This document shows positions 45,758 through 56,149 of a stretch of DNA of 56,550 nucleotides, in pieces. Location: IMG/VR virus record IMGVR_UViG_3300036804_000025, positions 1-56,550 of that record, one strand, 5' to 3'. The notes below the pieces were generated by a model that saw only the letters and a program-made list of their open reading frames with translations, was not told the DNA's origin and did not search any database. Each line of letters opens with the position of its first letter. Position 1 is the first letter of the stretch. The stretch comes from a virus. Its lineage: Duplodnaviria; Caudoviricetes. Position numbers and translations under genes: made by a program.

Positions 45758-48700
45758 TTAGCCGTACAGCATGTCGAGATGCCGGAGCTTGGTCATGATC
45801 TGATCCTCAGTCGGGACATTCGGTGCCGCGTAGACGTTCACCGTGTGGCCCTTGTCCTGGGAAAGACCAGCCTTGTCCAACAGCTCTTCAGTACGCTCAC
45901 GACGGTGCAGAGGCAGCACCAGTTCCGGCCCGGCCTCACCGATCATGCCAACCGTGGGCTTAGTGACAAGGCCACCATTCGCATACCAGTGATTCCGCTT
46001 CCAGAAGTCCCAAGCCTTACCCGGATCGCCATAGCGGTTCTTGATGTATCCAAGACCCCAGCCAATCTGAGTAGCGGCATTGTCGTGCCAGTCGGGACCG
46101 GTAGAGGACATCTTTGAAGCGGGAAGCGACTGCGGAATACCATAAGCACCCGAGGAAGGGTTAGTAGCATTCCATCGCCAACCAGACTCGCGATTCCACA
46201 TCTCCACCAGAGTGCCGAAGTGGCCACCCCAGCCCATAGAGTCAAGCATCGACTTAGCGATACCCTTAGCCTGTGCGGGAGATGCGTGGACACCGCCACC
46301 ACCCTTATAGGGAATGACGCCATCCGCGATATCAGCAAGCATGGTTCCAGGCCACGGATTGAAGTTCCCGTTACCCCCACCAGAAGCGAGGCTAAGCGGG
46401 TGACTTCCGATAGCAGCACTCCATGTAGGAGTACCGCCACCCCATCCGTCATTGATAGCCGAGATCGGCACACGGTCAATGGCACCCTGACGCTTTACAT
46501 CGTTCGACCAGACATAGCCCGGAGTCGAGTCAGCAAGCGCAACGTGGCCATAGCCACCACCAATGTTCGGCCACCACACAGCAGCACCAGGAGGAATCGC
46601 ACCAGTCGCCTTGTGGCGGTTGCTGGTAGCGAGTGCAGCGACACGAGCAGACGGGTAAAGGCCGTGATAGCCCCAAGCCGTCTCCACGTTCATCTCACAC
46701 AGGTTGGCCCAAGCACGGGCACCAGACTCCATACGAGACCGCTCAACAGCGATAGCCTGAGCAGCACTCTTAGAAGTCGCAAGGCCCGTGTGGTCATCCC
46801 AGTACTTACCCTTAGCCTCAAGCTGGGGCTTGGTCTTAGCGAACATGCCAGCAAGGATCTGACCCGAGGTCTTGAAAGAATCGGAGACAGCCTTAAGGTT
46901 CGGCTCGATGACCGCCTTGAAGCCCTTACCGATAGCTTCCTGATAACCCGCGTAAGGATCATCCTTGTGCTTGTTCACCCACTGGGAACCAGTCTGACCA
47001 ACCACACCACCATTAGCGAAAGCGTTACCAGTTCGCTTAGCAGAGGCATTCCATGCGTGGATGGTGGACGCTCCAAGCTGACGAACTACCTCGGGGCGAA
47101 GGATTCCCTCACCCGGAGAAAGGACAGCCGGTACACGGTCCACGCCAGGGGCGTAACCGGGAACCACACCACCAGTCGCAAAGTGGAGAGGACTAAGCGG
47201 AGCCTTGTCCCCAGCCAACTTGGCCATTGCCGACATCATCGAAACGGCACCCTGGTTATAGGGACCGTTCACGGTAGAGCGGGTGGACGAGTCCACGAGG
47301 GACATCGCCTTACTCCACTCACGCTTGATGGCATCAGCCGACGAGGTGAACTGACCCTCAACACCCTTCACACCAGACTTGAGCTGACCGAAGGTCGAGC
47401 TGGTCTTCCCCCAGGACGACGACACGTCACTCTGAACACCGTTCCAGACGGCACGGTTGGTGCCCTGGAAGGTCTTCTCAGTGGACGTGAGCTGACCCGA
47501 GAGGTAACCGCTCATCGCCTGCCAGTCAGGCCGGATACGGCCCGTCCAAGCAGCCCTGACGTTGGTAGCCGTCTTGTTCCACTCACCCGAGCTGGTTGCC
47601 GTGAACTGGCGCATCGAACCCGCCAGGCCGGAATCAAGCTCCGTCTCCATCTGCCCGTAGACAGGGAGGATGCCCGTGGTCCAGGCCGTCTGCGTTGCCG
47701 ACGCAAGGTTCTGCCACTCAGGAGTAGCCACCCCGGACACGAAGCCCTTGATGGCACCACCCAGAAGCCCCAGAGCCTCTGTGGGAGCCGCAACAGCCTT
47801 CTTAGGGTCACCGCTCTGAGCGTCAGCCCCGGAGGCTCCAGGAGCGATGCCCAGGGCCATGAGGAGTTGCCTTAGCAGATCGTCAACGTTCCCGCCCGAG
47901 GAGTTCATAGCGTTGATCAGGTCAGGCCCGAGAGCCTTAGCAACCTGCGGCTTAAGAACAGCCTCACCACGAGAAAGCATTGCCGTAACGGTGTCCTTAC
48001 CGGGCGCATAACCTGGAACGGTTCCACCATTGGCGAACTTGAACAGTCCGTCAGTATTCGGCATCACTTCCTGTGCACGGGCATAGAAGTTGTCCCAGAC
48101 CTCGCCAGCAAACTCAGAGGGGTTACCAATGATCTTGCCGAGAAGGTCAATCATGGACTTGACGTTGTCGATGACTCCGTTAAAGAGTGCCTGGAAGGTG
48201 TCGATAGCCTCACTCAGCACCTTGCCGGGATCCGTGATCAGATCCTTAGCAAGAGAGCCAAGCCCCTTAATCGTGTCCCAGACGCCACCAAGGAGATCCT
48301 TAATCATCTGAAGAAGGTTCTTCGGATTGAGGAGATCAGTGGTGAAATCCACTCCACGGGAAAGGATGTTTCCCTGACCCTTCCACACGTCATCCCAGAA
48401 GAGCTGACCCGCAGTCGGGGCAATAGCACCAGCAGCAAGACCGATGAGGTTACCCACACCAGTAGGAGCCGCCTTAAGGAACTGGGGCAGTCGGTCAAAC
48501 ATGAACCCGCGAAGGCCCGTGAAGTTACCAACGGCACCACGGCCCGAGGCGTCACCACCCTGACGGGCACCCCAGGAGCGGACGTTACTTCCAGTCTCGC
48601 CACCAATACCGGCACCAGCCGCAGCCATACCGATACCGCCACCAAACGAATCCAGTGCCGGAACGAAGTTCAGGATATTCGTCAGTTCCTCAAGGATGCT

Positions 48701-51421
48701 GAAAGGCCACTTACGGCTACCCTTGCCACCACCCCCGACGACACCACCCTTCTTGAAGGCCGGAAGGCCAAGAGCCTTCTGGACTCCACCAACGCCACCC
48801 TTCATAGCGGCAGCATTCATGGAGTGGATGTATCCGGAGCCAACAGCACGAGTCCACTCAGGCCGCATGACGGCCTCACCGCCCGAGAGGGCTGCAATGT
48901 GAACGTCACGGCCGGGCGTGTAGCCGGGAAGAATACCGCCAGTGGCGTACTTCTTCTTAGGCTTACCCTTAGCGGTACCAGCACCACCGCCAGTCTGACG
49001 GTTGACCTTCTGAATGTTGGTATCAAGCGTGCCAGCCTTAGTGGCAGCATTCCCGATAGCCGTCTTCAGGTTGTTGAACTCCTTAGTGACATTCGTCAGC
49101 TTCAGGCCATTGATGTTGCGGATCTTAGAGTTGAGTCCAGACTTGGCAGTACCGACCGCAGTACCAGCACTATCCGCCCGAGACTTAAGAGTCGTGAACT
49201 CGCCCTGAACCTTCTTCAGGCTTTCGCCATTCAGATTCTTGATACGGGTAATGAGTTGACCCACAGCAGACTTGACATTGTCAACAGCCGACTTAAGCGT
49301 ATTGAACTTTTCCTTGATTGTGCCAAGGGCAGAATCGTTCAGCTTAGAGACAGCGGGCTTAACCTTCTCGACAGCACCCTGAGCGTTCTTAGCCTTATTG
49401 GTCAGTGTGCCGAACTCCTGAGAAACCTTGTTGGTGTTCTCATTGTTAAGCGTCGAGATCTTAGTAATCGTCTGGTTGATCTCTCGATCCACACCATTGA
49501 TCTGACGAGACAGGGCCTCGAACTCTCGATCAAGCTTGTCCAGCTTCTCACCGTTGATCTGAGTCAGCCGAAGGACGATCTTGTCTAGCGCCTGGTCAAC
49601 CTTCTGTGCGGCCTGCTCAAGCTGGGAAAGCTCACGCTGTGCAGCACTCGTGTTGGTACTACCCCGGCTTCCCTGACGCTGTGCACGGTTATCCGCACGT
49701 CGCTGGTCAGTCTGCTGGTACTGGTCTCGCTTCTCCTTGTAGCCCTCCTTGAAAGAGCCACCCCCGGCCCACTGCTGCATACCCTTGAAAGCCTGTGCAC
49801 CAGTACGGCCAACACCACGAAGGCCCTTGCCGAGAGCGCCGACAGCAGCAAGTGTTCCCCGGACCAGGCCGAATACGGCGCTAACCGAGTTACGCATGAT
49901 GTTGAAGGCACCGGCAGCAAGCCGGATACCACCAGCAAAGATGATCAGTGCCGGACCAGCCAAAGCCGCATACTTGACAATGGTCTTCAACCATTCCCAA
50001 CCGTTGTCGGCGTTGTACCAGTCAATGAACTTCCCGAGGCCGGAAAGGATCTTGGACATGACCGGCAGTACCTTACCCAAAGCATCCCCCAGGAGAGGGA
50101 TAGCCTTAGTGGAGATGTCTCCGATCTGCTGAGTGAAGGCAACAAGCTGCTTACCGAAAGCCGTGTACTCGAACTTGCCGGTTTCCTTGTCGAAGTTACC
50201 GAACAGCTTGGAAGACTCCATCGAGATCTTCTCAAACATGTTCTGGAAAGAACCAGTAACCGAGGTAGCGGCATTCTCACCGGAACCCTCGTACTTCTTC
50301 CACTGCTTCGACATCCCGTCAATGAACTTCTGAGAAGAGATAGCACCCTTCTTCAGGTCGTCCTTAACCTTTCCGACTTCCTTACGGGAACCGTAAAGGG
50401 CCTCCGCAAGGTCGTTGTAGATCGGGATACCTGCGTTGGCAAGCTGGTTAAGATCCTGAGTGTGGACTGTGCCGGACGCCATAACATCCGTGAAACCCTT
50501 AAGGGCACGGTTGAACGTCAGGGTATCCATGACACCCCGAGCAGCCGCCATATCGGCAAATGCCTCGATCTCCGTAGTCGCCTTCTTGGTAGTAAGGCCG
50601 ACAGACTGAAGACGAGTTACCGCAAGAGACATACCGTCGAAGTTGTACGGGGTAGCAGCCGCATACCTACCAAGCTCCTCAAGCGAGGCAGCAGACTCCT
50701 TGGCAGTAGAGCCCATGGATTCCATGCGCTTCTGTGCCGTGTTCATGGAGTCGGCGTACTTGATGCCCATAGCCGAGACAGCCACACCGAGGCCGACAAT
50801 CGGCACAGTGACGTTCTGAGTAAGCAACTGACCAGTGGTCTGGATACGACCACCAGCAAGGACCATGGCATCTTCAAACTTGCGCATGTTCTTGACAGTT
50901 GACTTATGGGCAGCAGCAACCCACGTTTGCATAGCCGCATACCAGGAACGGCCATACGCATTACCGGCCTGACGGCCAGAAGCCGCCACCAGGCCCAAGG
51001 AGCCACGGGAAGCCGCCAACTGTGCGGCGGTCATCTCGGAACTCAGAGCAGCCCCAGCACGGCGACCAGTGGCCCCGGCCTGAGTGATGATGCCGTTACT
51101 GAAGGCCGTCATGGCGGTCTCAGTGCGGGCCATGCCAGCACGGGCACCCTCATTGATGCCACCGCCGATAGCTTCACCAGCTCGACGGCCCATCGTGGCC
51201 GCTTCCTGGTTGGTCCGCTGCAACATGGGACGGAGGTTCACGGAGGCCCTGTCAGCAGCCCTCGTAAAAGCGGTAGCGAAACTCCGTCCGGCCGTCACAC
51301 CGGCCTGATCAAACTGACGAATCAACTGTGCCTGGAATCGATCCAAGGCAGCCTGATTCATCCTAGGACGGACATCTACATAGCCTGTGGCTGTGCGAAT
51401 GCCCGTAGGCTCAGCAGCCAT
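45758..51421 (-). CDS. Tape measure protein with C-terminal CHAP-like and lytic transglycosylase domains
   Basis: 1887 aa; AAATPY/DLNQL TMP motifs; repeated (F/Y)AxGG.VPGY.PG.D; C...GHVAL; RESGW..NATNPSSGAYGIPQ. Confidence 0.95.
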   Translation of the reverse strand: MAAEPTGIRTATGYVDVRPRMNQAALDRFQAQLIRQFDQAGVTAGRSFATAFTRAADRASVNLRPMLQRTNQEAATMGRRAGEAIGGGINEGARAGMARTETAMTAFSNGIITQAGATGRRAGAALSSEMTAAQLAASRGSLGLVAASGRQAGNAYGRSWYAAMQTWVAAAHKSTVKNMRKFEDAMVLAGGRIQTTGQLLTQNVTVPIVGLGVAVSAMGIKYADSMNTAQKRMESMGSTAKESAASLEELGRYAAATPYNFDGMSLAVTRLQSVGLTTKKATTEIEAFADMAAARGVMDTLTFNRALKGFTDVMASGTVHTQDLNQLANAGIPIYNDLAEALYGSRKEVGKVKDDLKKGAISSQKFIDGMSKQWKKYEGSGENAATSVTGSFQNMFEKISMESSKLFGNFDKETGKFEYTAFGKQLVAFTQQIGDISTKAIPLLGDALGKVLPVMSKILSGLGKFIDWYNADNGWEWLKTIVKYAALAGPALIIFAGGIRLAAGAFNIMRNSVSAVFGLVRGTLAAVGALGKGLRGVGRTGAQAFKGMQQWAGGGSFKEGYKEKRDQYQQTDQRRADNRAQRQGSRGSTNTSAAQRELSQLEQAAQKVDQALDKIVLRLTQINGEKLDKLDREFEALSRQINGVDREINQTITKISTLNNENTNKVSQEFGTLTNKAKNAQGAVEKVKPAVSKLNDSALGTIKEKFNTLKSAVDNVKSAVGQLITRIKNLNGESLKKVQGEFTTLKSRADSAGTAVGTAKSGLNSKIRNINGLKLTNVTKEFNNLKTAIGNAATKAGTLDTNIQKVNRQTGGGAGTAKGKPKKKYATGGILPGYTPGRDVHIAALSGGEAVMRPEWTRAVGSGYIHSMNAAAMKGGVGGVQKALGLPAFKKGGVVGGGGKGSRKWPFSILEELTNILNFVPALDSFGGGIGMAAAGAGIGGETGSNVRSWGARQGGDASGRGAVGNFTGLRGFMFDRLPQFLKAAPTGVGNLIGLAAGAIAPTAGQLFWDDVWKGQGNILSRGVDFTTDLLNPKNLLQMIKDLLGGVWDTIKGLGSLAKDLITDPGKVLSEAIDTFQALFNGVIDNVKSMIDLLGKIIGNPSEFAGEVWDNFYARAQEVMPNTDGLFKFANGGTVPGYAPGKDTVTAMLSRGEAVLKPQVAKALGPDLINAMNSSGGNVDDLLRQLLMALGIAPGASGADAQSGDPKKAVAAPTEALGLLGGAIKGFVSGVATPEWQNLASATQTAWTTGILPVYGQMETELDSGLAGSMRQFTATSSGEWNKTATNVRAAWTGRIRPDWQAMSGYLSGQLTSTEKTFQGTNRAVWNGVQSDVSSSWGKTSSTFGQLKSGVKGVEGQFTSSADAIKREWSKAMSLVDSSTRSTVNGPYNQGAVSMMSAMAKLAGDKAPLSPLHFATGGVVPGYAPGVDRVPAVLSPGEGILRPEVVRQLGASTIHAWNASAKRTGNAFANGGVVGQTGSQWVNKHKDDPYAGYQEAIGKGFKAVIEPNLKAVSDSFKTSGQILAGMFAKTKPQLEAKGKYWDDHTGLATSKSAAQAIAVERSRMESGARAWANLCEMNVETAWGYHGLYPSARVAALATSNRHKATGAIPPGAAVWWPNIGGGYGHVALADSTPGYVWSNDVKRQGAIDRVPISAINDGWGGGTPTWSAAIGSHPLSLASGGGNGNFNPWPGTMLADIADGVIPYKGGGGVHASPAQAKGIAKSMLDSMGWGGHFGTLVEMWNRESGWRWNATNPSSGAYGIPQSLPASKMSSTGPDWHDNAATQIGWGLGYIKNRYGDPGKAWDFWKRNHWYANGGLVTKPTVGMIGEAGPELVLPLHRRERTEELLDKAGLSQDKGHTVNVYAAPNVPTEDQIMTKLRHLDMLYG

Positions 51422-51430
51422 ACGAACTCC

Positions 51431-51841
51431 CTATAGCATTGAATGGATGTTGTTAAGGAAGCTGGCTACCTCACCAGTAGAAGCCAACTTCTTAGGCTCC
51501 TCTTCGGGAAGCACATCACCAGGTCGCGGAACAGGATCCGGGAAAGGAACCTCTCCGGCACCCTCACCAGAGTTAGCCTGAATGAACATCCAGTTCGATA
51601 CCTCTAGGGCATCCGTAACCCTTGCCATAAGATGCTCTTGAGTGCCCCAAGAAAGGGACTCGTCATAAGCCATCGGCAGGGCCGCTTGACCATGCATGTG
51701 CATAAGCCTCTTGGAGAGAACCAGCACCCTGCGTAGGGATACCTTGTTTCGCCACACGTCCAAGAGGTCAACCCCAAAGAACTGTAGAAGGTCTGCTTCT
51801 AGCTCCTCGGGGTACTCACTCATGACATGGGCGACCCACAT
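51431..51841 (-). CDS. Tail assembly chaperone T (made via -1 frameshift)
   Basis: In -1 frame after GGGAAAC; LEADLLQFFGVDL.D.WR. Confidence 0.85.
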   Translation of the reverse strand: MWVAHVMSEYPEELEADLLQFFGVDLLDVWRNKVSLRRVLVLSKRLMHMHGQAALPMAYDESLSWGTQEHLMARVTDALEVSNWMFIQANSGEGAGEVPFPDPVPRPGDVLPEEEPKKLASTGEVASFLNNIHSML

Positions 51842-52167
51842 TAGTTTCCCTCGTCACCGAACCCCGCAGCTTCCGCCACCAGCTCAGCAAACTCCTGGAA
51901 CTCTCGAATGGTCGGGCGGGAAGCCTCAAAGTCTGCCCACTGCTCAGGGCCAAGAATGGCGCTCAGGATCTCGATCTCGTCGCCACCACGGATCGCCTTA
52001 AGAACCTCGAACGGCATATCAAGCTGAGACGGAACCTCGAACTCAACACCCTTGAACTCAAGAGCGGAAGGACCCTCAACGGCCTCCGCCTCCTGAGCCT
52101 CCGCAGCCTTAGCAGCCGTAACCTTGCTTGCAACAGTCTTCTTCGCAGCAGCCATAATTAACCCCAA
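51841..52167 (-). CDS. Tail assembly chaperone G
   Basis: ILG.EQW..F motif; ends G GGA AAC TAA. Confidence 0.88.
   Translation of the reverse strand: MGLIMAAAKKTVASKVTAAKAAEAQEAEAVEGPSALEFKGVEFEVPSQLDMPFEVLKAIRGGDEIEILSAILGPEQWADFEASRPTIREFQEFAELVAEAAGFGDEGN
51844..51850 (-). other. -1 programmed frameshift slippery site GGGAAAC
   Basis: X XXY YYZ heptamer immediately before the stop. Confidence 0.88.
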
Positions 52168-52247
52168 AAACTAAACATTGATTGAAAGAGAGAGAAGAGA
52201 AGGGGGTGTTTAAAGGCACACCCCTAAAGCCTTAAGTGGAACGCCAC

Positions 52248-52613
52248 TTACGCGGGAACGTCCCCAAACGACACCTTCACAGTAGGCGCAGAGGGCCCAT
52301 TAGGGTTTAGAACACCCTCATCAATCACCACTGCAACCGGAGCCGCAGCCTTAGAACCAGCAGCATTCTTGGCAGTCACAACCACAAAGATGCTGTCACC
52401 TGCGACCGCTGCACCGAAGTTGGCGTCAAGGACATTGGCGTCAATGGCCGTAGCCGTCATAGCACCAGCAGAGGTAATACCCGGATTCACCTCAACAAGG
52501 GAACCCGAGTTAAGCCGGGCCTCAACCTTGAAGGTGTCAGCCGGGCCATACTGGTTGTCAGTGAAACCAGGGTCAGTGATTTCTACATTGATCTGCTTAG
52601 CAAAAGTAGCCAT
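52248..52613 (-). CDS. FN3/Ig-like virion accessory protein
   Basis: GDSIFVVVTAKNAAGS resembles the FN3 F strand; lies between tail tube and chaperone genes. Confidence 0.7.
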   Translation of the reverse strand: MATFAKQINVEITDPGFTDNQYGPADTFKVEARLNSGSLVEVNPGITSAGAMTATAIDANVLDANFGAAVAGDSIFVVVTAKNAAGSKAAAPVAVVIDEGVLNPNGPSAPTVKVSFGDVPA

Positions 52614-52650
52614 AGGCCACCTTCCCTTTTATCGAACCTGATAGGGAGAC

Positions 52651-53304
52651 TTAGACAGTCTCCGCGTCAACCTGCGGGGCCGCAGGAGCCTTAACCGTCT
52701 CCGGAGGCGTGGTGCCTTCCTCGGCGCCGGACATGTCCTTCGTGGTGAGAAGCTTCGCCAGAGTGCCGTTCTCGTCCAGGGCGTCAACGGTGAGGCCGTA
52801 CTTCTGGTTCTCAGTCCGCTGAAGGGTGATCGAGTCACGGTCCGAAATGATCGCGTGCGGGACAACCAGACGGTTCTTAATGTCGGAGTCGAACCACTCG
52901 ACCACAAGGCAGATCTGGGAAAGCTCCGGGTTGGACTCAATGTCCAGACCAAAGACGCCATCCTCAATCTCAGTCCACGACGTACCGAAGTAGGTCTCGG
53001 TAACGGTCGGGTTGACCTCCATAAGGGTCGCCTTCACCTGAAGGGAAGCCTTAGAGACCGAATACATGATCGGGGTGGCGGACTGCCATGCCTCAATCTC
53101 CTGCGTCTCAATGCTGGGGGTCAGCTCGACGCCATCCGTGGTGGCATAGCCCATTTCATGCCAGTCGTCCTTGCCGACCTTCAGATCCTTATTCGGGTCC
53201 AGAACATCCGGGTCACTGAAGATGTTCTTGTTGGGGTTGTACTTCTTAACGAGAATGCGCCCGTCCGGAGCGAAGCGGACGTTATCAGCCTTGTTACCAG
53301 CCAT
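52651..53304 (-). CDS. Major tail (tube) protein
   Basis: MGY.T.DGV.L, I.AWQS..P motifs. Confidence 0.9.
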   Translation of the reverse strand: MAGNKADNVRFAPDGRILVKKYNPNKNIFSDPDVLDPNKDLKVGKDDWHEMGYATTDGVELTPSIETQEIEAWQSATPIMYSVSKASLQVKATLMEVNPTVTETYFGTSWTEIEDGVFGLDIESNPELSQICLVVEWFDSDIKNRLVVPHAIISDRDSITLQRTENQKYGLTVDALDENGTLAKLLTTKDMSGAEEGTTPPETVKAPAAPQVDAETV

Positions 53305-53327
53305 TTAGGAATTCCTTACTTAGATAA

Positions 53328-53720
53328 CTACTTGCCTATCTCGTAGACATAGATGGACAAGCTGTGAATGAAACGAGACTCACGAGACGTTTCATCGGGG
53401 AAAGAAGAAGGTGCATCGACCTCTTGCACGTCAGCCACATAGGCGGCCTTCACGACATGGCAGGGGAGCTTTTCAAGCAGATACTCACGGACGGCATAAG
53501 CAAGTCCAGCAGCCTCACGCTTAGTCGGCCCATAGGTGGACACCGTGAAGTCGAATCGGTCCATGCGATCCCGGACGGTTCGTTCACCGCCGTGCACGTC
53601 ACAGATGATTGCCCTCTGGCCCGTCTCACGGCCGATAGCGTCGGCGGAGATGAATACCCCGTCGAACTCGTCCAGGCCGACGAGATAGCCCACCACAACG
53701 CTTGCGGGATCAATCCTCAC
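53328..53720 (-). CDS. Tail terminator
   Basis: Position and size; GG...D...V.TYG.T...A..LA. Confidence 0.78.
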   Translation of the reverse strand: MRIDPASVVVGYLVGLDEFDGVFISADAIGRETGQRAIICDVHGGERTVRDRMDRFDFTVSTYGPTKREAAGLAYAVREYLLEKLPCHVVKAAYVADVQEVDAPSSFPDETSRESRFIHSLSIYVYEIGK

Positions 53721-54085
53721 GAAGACCGCCCCCTCATCTGGGCAGCAGCCGTCTTAAGGCCCTTCTCAAGCAGATGCAGACCTTCATGTTCACGGCCCGC
53801 ACGGTCACGGAAGCCGTACTCAACGAAGTGCCAGTTGACGGCACGAACACGAAGTTCGGCTTCCCACCCGTAACCCCTAAGCGTCTTGTTGATCTCAAGA
53901 CCAGCGGCATACGATCCCTTGTGGGGAAAGGTGCCACCAGAAGCGGGACCAGGACCACGCTTAGGGACGTTCTTGTAAACGAAGTTGTACGCGATCTGCA
54001 TAGTCTCCGTGACGAGCTTTTCCATCTCTGGAGTGGCACAAGCCTCGAACTTAAAGGTGGGGTCGATGATGACTTCAGAAGCCAT
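53717..54085 (-). CDS. HK97 gp10-like neck protein
   Basis: HFVEYG motif. Confidence 0.8.
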   Translation of the reverse strand: MASEVIIDPTFKFEACATPEMEKLVTETMQIAYNFVYKNVPKRGPGPASGGTFPHKGSYAAGLEINKTLRGYGWEAELRVRAVNWHFVEYGFRDRAGREHEGLHLLEKGLKTAAAQMRGRSS

Positions 54086-54414
54086 TAGTGCCTCACCTTC
54101 CAGGCAACAGCCTTCACGTGCTTGATGCTGCCGAAGAACCAGCGTTCCGGCTTACCGTCGATCTGATAGAACTCGTCCTCGTAGACGAGCTGCATCGTGG
54201 CGTCCAGCTCGACCGTGACGGGGAAATAGACGTTCAACCACTCCTGGTCCGTATCCCGCTCTACAAGAGCTTCAGTGGCCCTGTAGGGCTGTACGGAAGC
54301 CTTGCCAGTCCAGAACGGCTCAGGCTCGACCTCTCGGTGTTGCCCGTACTCATCACGAACCAGGAAGGTCTTATGGACTGCTACCGGATCCTTGAAGTAG
54401 TACAGGTTCACCAA
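54085..54414 (-). CDS. Head-to-tail stopper
   Basis: D.YG, SVQP, Y.IDG.P..W. Confidence 0.8.
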   Translation of the reverse strand: MVNLYYFKDPVAVHKTFLVRDEYGQHREVEPEPFWTGKASVQPYRATEALVERDTDQEWLNVYFPVTVELDATMQLVYEDEFYQIDGKPERWFFGSIKHVKAVAWKVRH

Positions 54415-55004
54415 CGCACCACCTTTGCCGACAGGTAGCGAGTGCGGTACTTCTTCAACAGAGACCGGCTCGACGCGGAAAGGCTGTAGTTGGTGGAGCC
54501 ATAGTTGACTTCAAGGTCACCGACCTTTTCAGACTTGATACCGGGCGTCTGGACAGACCAGTAAGAAACCTCGGCAGCAGCGATAGCCTGAATGTCGCCA
54601 GGAACCTCCTTGTACCCATACGAGAGCCGTATAGCCACCTTCGGGTTATGGGAGAACTGTTCCGGCATCCAAGGGCTAGACCGCCACAGATAGTCGCGCT
54701 GCATCATCCAGTCCTGTACAGGGACCTTCACCTCTTCACCAGAGGTCATGTCGCTGAACCAGACTTCCTTGACCATGCCTACCGGCTTGTAGTACTGGGG
54801 CATAGGGATGAAATGCTCGTTGCGAATGTCGAGATAGATAACCTCGTCATCGTGCCACTGGAAGTCCACACCACAGATAGAAGTGATCATGCCGGATACG
54901 GCAATAATGAAAGCCTCTACCTGCTTCTTCTCTTCCTCTGAATACGTGGAAGGGTCGCGGCCCTGTTGAGCCGCGACCTCTTCAAACGTCGTCAAGGAGG
55001 CCAT
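54408..55004 (-). CDS. Head-to-tail adaptor
   Basis: Follows MCP; YGY.EVP.DI, SEKVGD..V.Y, L.KYR. Confidence 0.82.
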   Translation of the reverse strand: MASLTTFEEVAAQQGRDPSTYSEEEKKQVEAFIIAVSGMITSICGVDFQWHDDEVIYLDIRNEHFIPMPQYYKPVGMVKEVWFSDMTSGEEVKVPVQDWMMQRDYLWRSSPWMPEQFSHNPKVAIRLSYGYKEVPGDIQAIAAAEVSYWSVQTPGIKSEKVGDLEVNYGSTNYSLSASSRSLLKKYRTRYLSAKVVRW

Positions 55005-55022
55005 AGGTACCTCCCTGTGGAA

Positions 55023-56138
55023 TTACTTGGTGGCCGTCTTAACCTGCGGCGCGGCCGGAGCCTTCAGGGCCTCGCCACCCTCGCCAACAAGCTCCGGGTT
55101 ACCGAGAACGATCATCTGCTCAGGGCGAACAATCTTCGCGCCAAAGATCATGCGACCCTTAACGGCGTCGGTGAACTTGCGCTCCGGACGGAACGACTCA
55201 AGGTCCGACAGGGTGTGGGCGAAGGAGACAGCCTCACGGGTCGTCAGGACACCGTAGATGCCATTAGCACCCGACTTCGGCTCACGGACGAACGTGGCGT
55301 CCTTGTAAGCGTTAGCGTCGTCCAGGTGGCGACCAATGGTGTTCGAGACGATAACCGGCAGGCCAAGAATCGTGCCGACAACACCAGTCCGCATAATCGA
55401 CGTGCCGTCACCCATGTGACCGGCGTCAATGAACTTCGGGTCCTCAAGCAGGTCTGCGTACTCCTCCGGACCAACAACCAGAACACGGCCCGCAGTCGAG
55501 ACGTTACGGATGTTGAGAACGGTCTGAGCACGAAGGATCTGGCCGTAGTGGTTCGCACTGTCCGTCGCGTCAACCAGGGAAACCTTGCCGTGCAGCGGAA
55601 TGTCACCCCAGTTCAGGTCCTTACCCTGAAGACCAGACTTGATCGTGGACACAATGTGCGAGTCAATGTTCTCAGCAAGGTTACGAGCCGACTGGCCGGT
55701 GAGCTGAGACATAAGGGCAATGCCCTTCGTCTGGACCTGGTGGAGGTTATCGACCTCGAAGCCCCACGTACGGGCCTGGTCCACACGCAGCTCAATGAAG
55801 TCATTGTTCAGACGGTCGAAGTGGTCGATCTCCGCATACGCAGCACCGGAGTTAACACCACCCTTACCATCCAGAGTGCCGCCATTGATCTTGATCGAGT
55901 CAAGAACGTGCGGGACCTTGACGACATCACCGGGGCCGCGAAGCTCACCCTCATAGGTGCGGTTGGTCAGGCCACCAAAGACAAGGCCGGACTCAAGGTC
56001 GGTCAGAAGCCGGGAAGCCCAAAGCTCCGGAATGAAAGTGCCGTTGATGCCAGAGCCAGCAGCAAAGGTGTGGTTCGGGGCCTGCTTAGCAAAGCCGCCG
56101 TCGTAGTTGTTCCCGTTGGGGAGCTGGGGATTAGCCAT
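55023..56138 (-). CDS. Major capsid protein
   Basis: FIPELWA, NR.YEGE...GD.V, GR.LVV.P, G.VG.I.G..V..SN, F.DAVKG...FGAK.VRPE. Confidence 0.93.
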   Translation of the reverse strand: MANPQLPNGNNYDGGFAKQAPNHTFAAGSGINGTFIPELWASRLLTDLESGLVFGGLTNRTYEGELRGPGDVVKVPHVLDSIKINGGTLDGKGGVNSGAAYAEIDHFDRLNNDFIELRVDQARTWGFEVDNLHQVQTKGIALMSQLTGQSARNLAENIDSHIVSTIKSGLQGKDLNWGDIPLHGKVSLVDATDSANHYGQILRAQTVLNIRNVSTAGRVLVVGPEEYADLLEDPKFIDAGHMGDGTSIMRTGVVGTILGLPVIVSNTIGRHLDDANAYKDATFVREPKSGANGIYGVLTTREAVSFAHTLSDLESFRPERKFTDAVKGRMIFGAKIVRPEQMIVLGNPELVGEGGEALKAPAAPQVKTATK

Positions 56139-56149
56139 AGTGTTTCCTC

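Noticed and set aside
52614-52653. Frameshift/readthrough fusing the tail tube to the FN3-like gene
   Set aside because: The 37-nt gap is out of frame, an in-frame TAA lies 6 codons before the ATG, and the gene has its own RBS
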